Source: Phycisphaerales bacterium
Lineage (GTDB): Bacteria; Planctomycetota; Phycisphaerae; Phycisphaerales; UBA1924
Assembly (NCBI GenBank): GCA_016742075.1
Contig: JACVCL010000003.1
Coordinates: forward strand, 20,087 to 84,086
Direction of reading: 5' to 3'
Length of the DNA: 64,000 bases
Positions 54,419 to 62,014 of this stretch are shown here, piece after piece; position 1 is the stretch's first letter, and each line of letters starts with the position of its first letter. The translations under genes were made by a program, and so were the position numbers. Under the pieces are notes generated by a model that saw only the letters and a program-made list of their open reading frames with translations, did no database searches and was not told the origin of the DNA.

Positions 54419-55117
54419 ATGGTTGCCCGCACCCTCCGCCGTTCGTCCCCCGTTCTTTTCTCCGCCGTTCTGGCCACCGCCGCGGTCGCCGGCCTACCCA
54501 CCGCTGCCGAGGCCGCCGTGGTCCAGTCGCTCGCCAGCGGAGATCAACTGGCCGGCGCGGTGATCACCGTGCGCTTTCAGCGACGCGTGACCGGCGGCGG
54601 CTTCGCCGAGGCCGGGACGGCTTCCGCCACGATCACCGGGAACACCGCGACGCAGACCGGCTCGGCGGTCTCGGCCGGGAACTTCGCCTTCAGCTTCAAC
54701 GTCACCGGCGACACGTTCCAGGTGCAGTGGCAGTTCCAGAACCTGTCGACGAACCTGTACATCAAGTCGATCAACTTCGACCTTCGGCCGTCCTCGTCCC
54801 TCTTCGATGACGGCACCGAGCCGAGCACAGCCGGCTCCAGCCTCGGGCGAGATGCGCAGTATCTCTCATCGTTCTCGACCGCCCAGGAGTGGCTGACCGC
54901 CGTCAAGTACACCCCGTGGACCGACCCGATCAACACCGGCGACATGTTCCAGCAGGAATTGTTCACCTGGGCCGACGCGAGCCAGAGCTTCAACGTCTTC
55001 GCTCCGGGCACGTTCCTCGCCTGGCAGGATGACACCGACTACATCGTGCCGGCCCCCGGCTCTCTCGGGCTGGTCGCCGCCGCGGCGGGCCTGCTGGTGC
55101 GGCGGCGCCGCCGCTGA
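54419..55117 (+). CDS. PEP-CTERM-anchored secreted protein
   Basis: Internal ATG 54419 of ORF 54197-55117, with GGGAGAGAG upstream. It has a signal peptide VLFSAVLATAAVAGLPTAAEA. The C-terminus is IVPAPGSLGLVAAAAGLLVRRRRR. Confidence 0.7.
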   Translation: MVARTLRRSSPVLFSAVLATAAVAGLPTAAEAAVVQSLASGDQLAGAVITVRFQRRVTGGGFAEAGTASATITGNTATQTGSAVSAGNFAFSFNVTGDTFQVQWQFQNLSTNLYIKSINFDLRPSSSLFDDGTEPSTAGSSLGRDAQYLSSFSTAQEWLTAVKYTPWTDPINTGDMFQQELFTWADASQSFNVFAPGTFLAWQDDTDYIVPAPGSLGLVAAAAGLLVRRRRR

Positions 55118-55152
55118 CGCGATCGCCAACCTCCATCCCAAGTCCGCATCCG

Positions 55153-55192
55153 CGCGCGCCCGGCACAAACACCGCTGGGCGCGCGTCTTTTA
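55153..55192 (+). terminator. Candidate terminator between the convergent PEP-CTERM gene and purC
   Basis: 9-bp stem: cgcgcgccc (55153-55161) pairs with gggcgcgcg (55177-55185), with a 15-nt loop, followed by tctttta. Confidence 0.5.
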
Positions 55193-56125
55193 TCCGAACA
55201 ACCGTCGGCGAGCCTCTTCGTACCGCGCCGCGGTGCCCGCGACCACGTGCGCCGGGAGCGCGGGCCCCGGGGCCTGCTTGTTCCAGAGCCCCCGGGACAC
55301 GAGCGTGTTGAGCCACTCGCGAAGGTACTGCTTATCGAAGCTCTCCTGCTCGGCACCGGGCATCCAGCGGTCGGCCGGCCAGTACCGCGAGCTGTCGGGC
55401 GTCAGCACCTCGTCGACGAGTATCGGACGGTCGGCCGCGTCCCGCCCGTCCCGGTCGAGGGGAAACCCAAACTCAAACTTCGTGTCGGCCAGGATCACCC
55501 CCCGCTCCAGGGCGTAGGCGTGCGCAGCACGGTACACGGCGACGCTCGCCCGGCGCAGAAACTCCATCGTGGCACCCCCGGCGATGGCCGAGGCGCGATC
55601 GAAGGTGATGTTCTCATCGTGCTTCCCGGCCTCCTCCTTGGTGGCCGGGGTGAAGATCGGCTCGGGAAGGCGGTCGCCCCGGCGCAGCCCGGAGGGCAGC
55701 GGCACCCCGCACACGGCCCCGCTCCGCTGGTATTCGCTCCACCCCGACCCCTCGAGATACCCCCGCACCACGCATTCAATGGGCACCACCCGGCAGCGCC
55801 GGACCAGCATCGCCCGCCCGGCGAGCATCGCCCGATCGACCACCGTGAGACCGGGGATCGCCCCGGTGTCCGCTCCGAGCACATGTCCGTCGACGATCCC
55901 CTGCCGCTCGAGCCACGAGAACCACCGGAGGGAAATGTCGGTGAGGATCCGCCCCTTGCCCGGGATCGGGGTGGGCATGACGACGTCGAACGCCGAGATC
56001 CGGTCGGTGGCGACCACCAGCAGCCGGGGGCTGCCGTCCGTTCCCGGCGGGGCGTCGTAGACGTCCCGCACCTTGCCCCGCCGTCGCCCCGGAAGCCCCA
56101 GATCGGTCTCGAACACGCCGTCCAT
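55190..56125 (-). CDS. purC: Phosphoribosylaminoimidazole-succinocarboxamide synthase
   Basis: 311 aa (long form). It has GKVRDVY, ATDRISAFD, VVRGYLEGSGW and ILADTKFEFG. Confidence 0.9.
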   Translation of the reverse strand: MDGVFETDLGLPGRRRGKVRDVYDAPPGTDGSPRLLVVATDRISAFDVVMPTPIPGKGRILTDISLRWFSWLERQGIVDGHVLGADTGAIPGLTVVDRAMLAGRAMLVRRCRVVPIECVVRGYLEGSGWSEYQRSGAVCGVPLPSGLRRGDRLPEPIFTPATKEEAGKHDENITFDRASAIAGGATMEFLRRASVAVYRAAHAYALERGVILADTKFEFGFPLDRDGRDAADRPILVDEVLTPDSSRYWPADRWMPGAEQESFDKQYLREWLNTLVSRGLWNKQAPGPALPAHVVAGTAARYEEARRRLFG

Positions 56126-56231
56126 CGACCCATCCTAACCCACCGGAAACCGCCGGGGATCGAGCCCGTACCCTGTTGTTGCCAGATCGGCGTGTTCGTG
56201 CACAATGCCGGCTCGTGAGGACCGCTCCCGC

Positions 56232-57830
56232 ATGCTGAACTTCGCCGTCTTCGACGAGAGAGGCCCGGCCCCGGATGGGCCGCGTCGGCGTGCGCACCTG
56301 GCCGGGAAGCAGGGTGAGCACCTTCCCGCGACGATCGAGTACCGCGGCGGGGTGCTCTCATGCCGGAAGGCCTCGCCGGACGCCGCGGCCCTCTCAACCC
56401 AGTACGACGTCGGCCCGCTGGGTGTGCTCACCCTCCAGACCTGCCTGCTGCCCGACCGCGAACGCCCGTATCTGCTCGATCTCGAGCTGGCCCGGCACCG
56501 GATCATGCTGATCCTCAACAAGCTCGAGGACTGGGGAATGTCCACCCTGCCGGCGGACCACCCGGTGATGGCCGCGTTCGATCGCGCTCGCGAGCTGTTC
56601 ACCGCCTCGCTGGTCGCGCCCCACGCAGGGGACTCCTGGACGGTGGAGCAGGCGCGGCTGGCCCGGCAGTCGCTGTGCATGGCCCTCGAGGCGTCCGAGA
56701 GCCTGGCGGAGCTGCACGCCGAGCAGGCCCTTGAGGCACGCCTGACAACAGACCAGGAGGCTCCGGGCTTGGAGGGGCCGGCGGCCAACCTGCCTCGAAT
56801 CGGGTGCGTGGTGCACTCCGATCAGTTCAGCGAGCCGCTGCAGAAGGCACTGGCGTCGAGCGTCGACTTCATGGTGTGCTCGATGCGCTGGGCCCGGATC
56901 GAGCGGGAGGAAGGGCGGTTCGAGTTCACCGCCAAGGACCGGTGGATCGAGTGGGGTGTGCGCACCGCGAAGATGCCGGTGGTCTCGGCACCGATCATCG
57001 ACTTCAGCCCGCGTGCGCTTCCGGCGTGGCTCCACGTGTGGGAGCATGACTACGAGACGCTCCGGGAGTTCGTGTACGAGCACGTCAAGCGCGTGGTCAC
57101 CCGGTACCGACGAGCCATCAGCCGCTGGTCGGTGATTTCCGGGGTCCACCTCAACGAAGGAATGACCTTCACGATCGACCAGATGATCGACCTGACCCGC
57201 TTGGCGGTGCTGCTGGTCAGGAAGCTGCAGCCTCAGGCACGCGTGTTTGTCGATCTGGCTGCGCCGTTCGGCGAGCGGGCGCCCGGGGCCGTGGGGGCCA
57301 TCTCCCCGCTGCTCTATGCCGAGCTGTGCCTCGAATCGGGGGTGAATGTCGATGGATTCGGCCTTCGCATCCACATGGGAGACCACGCCACCGGGCGATC
57401 AACCCGCGATCTGATGCAGCTGGCCGATCTGCTGGACGCGTGCGCCGCGCTGGAGAAGCCGTTGCACATCGCGGCGCTCGGCGCTCCGAGCGGGCCCGTG
57501 CCCTCGCAGACGCCGGCGAGCCTGGAGACCAACCCGGGTGATGAGCTGCTTGAGCCGGGCTACTGGCGCAAGCCCTGGTCGCCCGAGCAGCAGGCGGATT
57601 GGCTCGGGCGCGCGGTCTCGATCTGCCTTGCGAGACCGTCGGTCCTGACGGTGTCGTGGCAGGCGCTCTACGACTCGGCGGTGGCGCCGGAGATGGTGAA
57701 CGGCGGCCTGATTGGGGCCGACGGGCGAGCCAAGCCGGCCCTTCGCACTCTCGCGGAGATCACCGCGGCCCTTCGCCAGCGGCGGGTGCCGGGACGGCCG
57801 GAGCGTCCGGCGGCCGCGGCCAGGGCGTGA
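56232..57830 (+). CDS. TIM-barrel glycoside-hydrolase-like protein (distantly GH10-like), function uncertain
   Basis: RWARIEREEGRFEFTAKDRWIEW...VKRVVTRYRRAISRWSVISGVHLNE loosely follows the GH10 W..iEp..G.f.f ... rY.g.i..WDVvNE pattern. The start could be 56232 or 56205. The family call is weak. Confidence 0.4.
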   Translation: MLNFAVFDERGPAPDGPRRRAHLAGKQGEHLPATIEYRGGVLSCRKASPDAAALSTQYDVGPLGVLTLQTCLLPDRERPYLLDLELARHRIMLILNKLEDWGMSTLPADHPVMAAFDRARELFTASLVAPHAGDSWTVEQARLARQSLCMALEASESLAELHAEQALEARLTTDQEAPGLEGPAANLPRIGCVVHSDQFSEPLQKALASSVDFMVCSMRWARIEREEGRFEFTAKDRWIEWGVRTAKMPVVSAPIIDFSPRALPAWLHVWEHDYETLREFVYEHVKRVVTRYRRAISRWSVISGVHLNEGMTFTIDQMIDLTRLAVLLVRKLQPQARVFVDLAAPFGERAPGAVGAISPLLYAELCLESGVNVDGFGLRIHMGDHATGRSTRDLMQLADLLDACAALEKPLHIAALGAPSGPVPSQTPASLETNPGDELLEPGYWRKPWSPEQQADWLGRAVSICLARPSVLTVSWQALYDSAVAPEMVNGGLIGADGRAKPALRTLAEITAALRQRRVPGRPERPAAAARA

Positions 57831-57832
57831 GC

Positions 57833-58207
57833 ATGGGCCGCGAGCAGCCAGCGCGATCGGGACCGGGCGTGCCCGATTGGACCCGCGGCCCGGCGAAGTT
57901 CGCGGCGGGCGTTGTCCTGGCGATCTTGACACTCGGTGGCGCGGCCCTGGGCGTCATGCGGACGGCCGGCCCCGCGCTGACCGCGGGGGAGTCGGGCCGG
58001 CTGTGCATCAACACGGCTACCGCGGCGGAACTCGATGCACTCCCGGGTATCGGGCCCACTCTGGCCGAGCGGATCGTGCGATGGCGGGAGAAGCACGGCG
58101 GGTTCGAGCGCGTGGAAGACCTGGCCCGCGTGGAGGGGATCGGAGCCCGCAAGCTTGAGCGGCTGCGCGGGGTTGTGCGAATCTCGCGGAAGGCCGAGGA
58201 ACGCTGA
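57833..58207 (+). CDS. comEA: ComEA-like helix-hairpin-helix DNA-binding protein
   Basis: Internal ATG 57833 of ORF 57599-58207, with a TM anchor. It has INTATAAELDALPGIGPTLAERIVRWREKHGGFERVEDLARVEGIG. Confidence 0.8.
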   Translation: MGREQPARSGPGVPDWTRGPAKFAAGVVLAILTLGGAALGVMRTAGPALTAGESGRLCINTATAAELDALPGIGPTLAERIVRWREKHGGFERVEDLARVEGIGARKLERLRGVVRISRKAEER

Positions 58208-61200
58208 TCAGCGCGGGGCTGTGGCCGCGGGCGCGGCGGGCTGAGCAGCGGCCGGCGCGTCGTTGACGTAACGGGGCGGCGCGCCCGCGACACCGGCCGC
58301 GCCGCCGGCGTCGATGCGCTTGATGAGGTCGTCGGCGGCAGCCTTGAGCTGTCGGTCAAAGGCGGCGCTCTCGTCCTCGGGGGTTTGGGGCACGGTGATG
58401 TCGGGCAGGGCGCCGTTGTTCTCGAGGTCGGTGCCGTCGGGGAGGAACCAGCCGCGCCCGGGGGTGCGGATGGTGGTGCCGTCGATGAGCCGCGCGGCGC
58501 CGGTGCTGATGACGCCGCCGTAGGTCTGCTGGCCCACGAGATTGCCCCGCTTGAGGGTCTTGAAGGCGTGGCTGACGATCTCGGCGTTGGAGAAGCTCTT
58601 CTCGTTGCAGAGCATGTTCACGGGCCGGGTGTAACGCTGGATGAACAGGCGGTCGCGCGGGTAACCGTCCGTGACGGCGGGGTCGGCCCCGCGGGACAGC
58701 GTGTAGGCGTGCGGGCGCACCATGATCGAGGCGAGGACCAGGTCGGCGGTCGAGCCGCCGCCGTTGTTTCGGACGTCGATGAGGAGGCCGTCCTTCCCGG
58801 CAGCGGCGGCGAAGAGGTCGCGTTCGAAGTCGACGAGCGACGCTTCGTCCATTCCGCGGATGTGCAGGTAGCCCAGCCGCCCCTTCGACCAGTCGTTGAC
58901 GAGGGCGGCGTTAGCGCGTGCCCAGGCGCGGTAGCGGAGGTCGGTCTCGGCGGCGCCGGAGATCGGGGTGGTCAGCACCCGGAGTTCCACCGGTTCTGGC
59001 GCGGCATCGAGCTTGCGGATGATGGTGAGGATCACCTCCTGCCCGGCGCGGCCGCGGAGGCGGCTCTCGACGGTGTCGCCCGGTCCAAAGGGCTGATCAT
59101 CCACGGCGGTGATGACATCGCCGGCCCGGAGCTGCATCTCGCCGCGGGAGGCCGGGCCGCGATCGATGACGCGGATCACCTCGAAGCCCTGCTCGGTGCG
59201 GCGGCTGTCGATGCCCAGCCGGCCGTTGGGCTGGATGTTGGGCTGAGGCTCGTCGGGGCTGGTGACGCCCATGTGCGAGGCGTTGAGCTCGCCGAGCATG
59301 CGGTTGGCCACGTAGTCGAACTCGTCGGCCGTGCGGCTCTTGCGGGCGAGCTCGTGGTATCGGCGGGAGACCAGGGCCCAGTCGAGGCCCTTCATGGTCG
59401 GGTGGTAGAACTGAAGGTCCATGATGCGGGCGGCCTCGAGGAACTTCTGCGAAGCCTGGGCCTGAAGGTCGATGCGGACCCGATCCTCGACGGGGAGCGA
59501 CTCGACCTTGCCCCCCTCGGGGCCCACGGTCCCGGCGCCGCCCTCGCGGACGAAGACGATCTTGTCGCCCGTGAGCGAGATCATCTGCACCGAGGCGGTC
59601 TCGTGGAGGCGTTTTTTGTCGGTGCCGTCCCACTTGACGGACCAGAGGGCCTCGCCGCCGTCGTTGGCGGTGTAGATGACACGATCGCCGCCCGGGGTCA
59701 TTTCCAGGTTCGACTTCGAGCCGCCGGCCGTCGTGATGCGGCGGAGGCGAAGGTAGGCGTCGTCGAGCGAGAGCTCGACCGGCTTGGAGGGCTTGGCGGC
59801 CTCGTCCTTGTCCTTGGGCTGGTCGGCCTTCGGTGTGTCGGATTTGGCGTCGGCCGCCGGGGCGGTGTCGGGCTTGGGCGCTTCAGCCTCGGGCTTGGCC
59901 GGCTCGGCGGGCTTCGGCGCGGCGGGCTTCCGGACCGGGGGAGGCTTGAGGCGTTTGGCGGCCTTGGCGGCCTCGGTGAAGTACTTCTCGAGGTCGCGCC
60001 CGGCGAGAGCCTCGAGGTCCTTGTCGAGAAACACGCCCCAGACCTCGAACTGCCGGCCGACTCGGTCGCTCAGGAAGGTGAGCACTTTGCCGTCGGACGA
60101 CCATCGCGGTTCGATGTCGGAGTCGGGATGCCGGGTGATGTTCACCGGCGGCGATGAACCGTCGGCGCGGGCGACCCAGATATCGCTGTTGTAGTCCTTA
60201 TCCTCGACTGCGTAGGCGAGGTGACGGCTGTCGGGCGACCAGCGGAGGCCGATGCTGAGGTCCCAACTCTTGAGGAGGCCTCGCTCGGCCTTGGAGGCCA
60301 GGTCGAGGATGACGATGTCGCCGCGGGTGCGGCGGAACGCCAGAGCCTTCCCGTCGGGCGACGGCACTGGGGCGCGGTCATTGAACGCGCTCTCGACGAC
60401 ATGCTCCACGGTGAAGCGGATGGCGTCGGTCCAGCGGTCGGTGTCTTTGTTCCCGGCCGGCGGGGCGTCCTTTTTCTCGCTGTCGCCCGCGGGCTCGCCG
60501 CCGGCCGCGGCGCCGGCGCCCGCCCCCCCCGCGCCGGCGGCGCCCGGGGGGCGGCGACGGACCTGGTCGGCGGCCGCGTCGACCGCGGATTCGGGGCCCT
60601 TCGGCTGGGACTGCGGCTCGGGCTTCGGCTCCGCGGCGGGCTTGGGCTCTTCGGGCTTAGCCGGCTCGGCGGACGGGGGGGGCGGGGCGGGCGAGGGCTC
60701 GGCTGGCTTGGGCTTGGTGGTCTTCTCGAAACTCTCGCGGACGTCCTTTCGGGTGAGCGCGACCGACGCGGCGTAGATCTGGTCGCGTCCGGGCTCGTCG
60801 CTGGTGAAGTACAGCCTCATGCCGTCCGGAGACCAGGCGATGTCGCGCTCCCGCGCGGGAGAGCGGGTGACCCGCCGGGTCGGCGAACCCTCTTCGACGG
60901 CGCGGACGTACACATCGCCGTACGCGACGACGGCGAGCGTCTTGCCGTCCGGGCTGAGCGCCGCCTCGCTGACGTCCCTCCCTATGGAGCGGAGCGTGAA
61001 GTTGTCGGTCTCGTCATCGGCGGCGGTCAGCGTGATGGGCGTCGGCTTGCCGTCGGGAAGGGCGAGGGTGTAGAGGGTGTCCCAGACCAGCACGACGGCG
61101 GTCTTGCCGTCGGCCGAGACGTCGAAGTCGACGACGTCGGCGTCGCGAAAATCGGTGAGGCGGCGAGACTTGCCCTCGGCCTGCTCGCGGTCGGCGAGAG

Positions 61201-61921
61201 TCATCGAGTACAGATTGACGACGCCGCCCTCGCGATCGGACGTGAAGATGATCTTCTGGGAGTCTCCGGCCCAGCGGGCCTTTCCGTCGTTGCCGGTCCA
61301 GGTGGTGTGTCGCTGGAAGGCCTTGTTGGCGAGGGTGAAGGTCCAGACGTCGCGGTTGTCGGGGCCGCGGTAGCCGCGGCGGAACCAGGCCGAGCCGCCC
61401 CGGCCGAAGAGCAGGGTTGCGCCGTCGGGGCTGATGCGCGGCTCGTGGCCGAAGGCGTCGTGCAGGCGGGTGGCGGGACCGCCGTCGACGGACACCGAGT
61501 AGGGCCGGACGTCGCGGTACACGTCGCCCTCGATGGAGGCGGAGAACAGGATGCGCTTGGAGTCGGGCGACCAGCCCGAGAGTGCCAGACGCTGATCTGT
61601 GCGCGTGACCTGCCGGGTGCCGGAGCCGTCGGCGTTCATGACGAAGAGGTTGGAGCCGCCGTCGCGGGTGCTGCTGAACGCGATGAGTCGGCCGTCGGGG
61701 CTCCAGGCGCTCAGCAGCTCGTTGGCGGGGTGGGCCGTGAGTCGGACGGCTTCGCCCCCGCGGGACGGGGCTTTCCAGAGATCGCCGCGCCAGGAGAAGA
61801 CGATTTGGGACCCGTCGGGGCTGATGGAGGGCGCCCGGGGGAGATCGACGGCGGCCGCGAGAGCGGGGCCGCCGATCGAGAGGACGGTCGTGATGAACGC
61901 CAAGATGAACGACAGCCGCAT
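58208..61921 (-). CDS. Beta-propeller (TolB-like) + PDZ + S41 family peptidase, tricorn-type architecture
   Basis: 1237 aa from ATG 61921 with a signal peptide. It has many SPDG blades, PDZ-like LRAGDVITAVDD, and the S41 core LIDVRNNGGG ... CNEKSFSNAEI ... GQQTYGG. Two Pro/Ala/Glu/Lys-rich inserts are present. Confidence 0.8.
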   Translation of the reverse strand: MRLSFILAFITTVLSIGGPALAAAVDLPRAPSISPDGSQIVFSWRGDLWKAPSRGGEAVRLTAHPANELLSAWSPDGRLIAFSSTRDGGSNLFVMNADGSGTRQVTRTDQRLALSGWSPDSKRILFSASIEGDVYRDVRPYSVSVDGGPATRLHDAFGHEPRISPDGATLLFGRGGSAWFRRGYRGPDNRDVWTFTLANKAFQRHTTWTGNDGKARWAGDSQKIIFTSDREGGVVNLYSMTLADREQAEGKSRRLTDFRDADVVDFDVSADGKTAVVLVWDTLYTLALPDGKPTPITLTAADDETDNFTLRSIGRDVSEAALSPDGKTLAVVAYGDVYVRAVEEGSPTRRVTRSPARERDIAWSPDGMRLYFTSDEPGRDQIYAASVALTRKDVRESFEKTTKPKPAEPSPAPPPPSAEPAKPEEPKPAAEPKPEPQSQPKGPESAVDAAADQVRRRPPGAAGAGGAGAGAAAGGEPAGDSEKKDAPPAGNKDTDRWTDAIRFTVEHVVESAFNDRAPVPSPDGKALAFRRTRGDIVILDLASKAERGLLKSWDLSIGLRWSPDSRHLAYAVEDKDYNSDIWVARADGSSPPVNITRHPDSDIEPRWSSDGKVLTFLSDRVGRQFEVWGVFLDKDLEALAGRDLEKYFTEAAKAAKRLKPPPVRKPAAPKPAEPAKPEAEAPKPDTAPAADAKSDTPKADQPKDKDEAAKPSKPVELSLDDAYLRLRRITTAGGSKSNLEMTPGGDRVIYTANDGGEALWSVKWDGTDKKRLHETASVQMISLTGDKIVFVREGGAGTVGPEGGKVESLPVEDRVRIDLQAQASQKFLEAARIMDLQFYHPTMKGLDWALVSRRYHELARKSRTADEFDYVANRMLGELNASHMGVTSPDEPQPNIQPNGRLGIDSRRTEQGFEVIRVIDRGPASRGEMQLRAGDVITAVDDQPFGPGDTVESRLRGRAGQEVILTIIRKLDAAPEPVELRVLTTPISGAAETDLRYRAWARANAALVNDWSKGRLGYLHIRGMDEASLVDFERDLFAAAAGKDGLLIDVRNNGGGSTADLVLASIMVRPHAYTLSRGADPAVTDGYPRDRLFIQRYTRPVNMLCNEKSFSNAEIVSHAFKTLKRGNLVGQQTYGGVISTGAARLIDGTTIRTPGRGWFLPDGTDLENNGALPDITVPQTPEDESAAFDRQLKAAADDLIKRIDAGGAAGVAGAPPRYVNDAPAAAQPAAPAATAPR

Positions 61922-62014
61922 GGCAGGCTCCGCGAGAGGAACGGAAACGGGCCGGCGGGATCTCCGGCCGATCTTCGCGGAACTATAACGGCAGCCCGGC
62001 CACACCCCGGCGGG

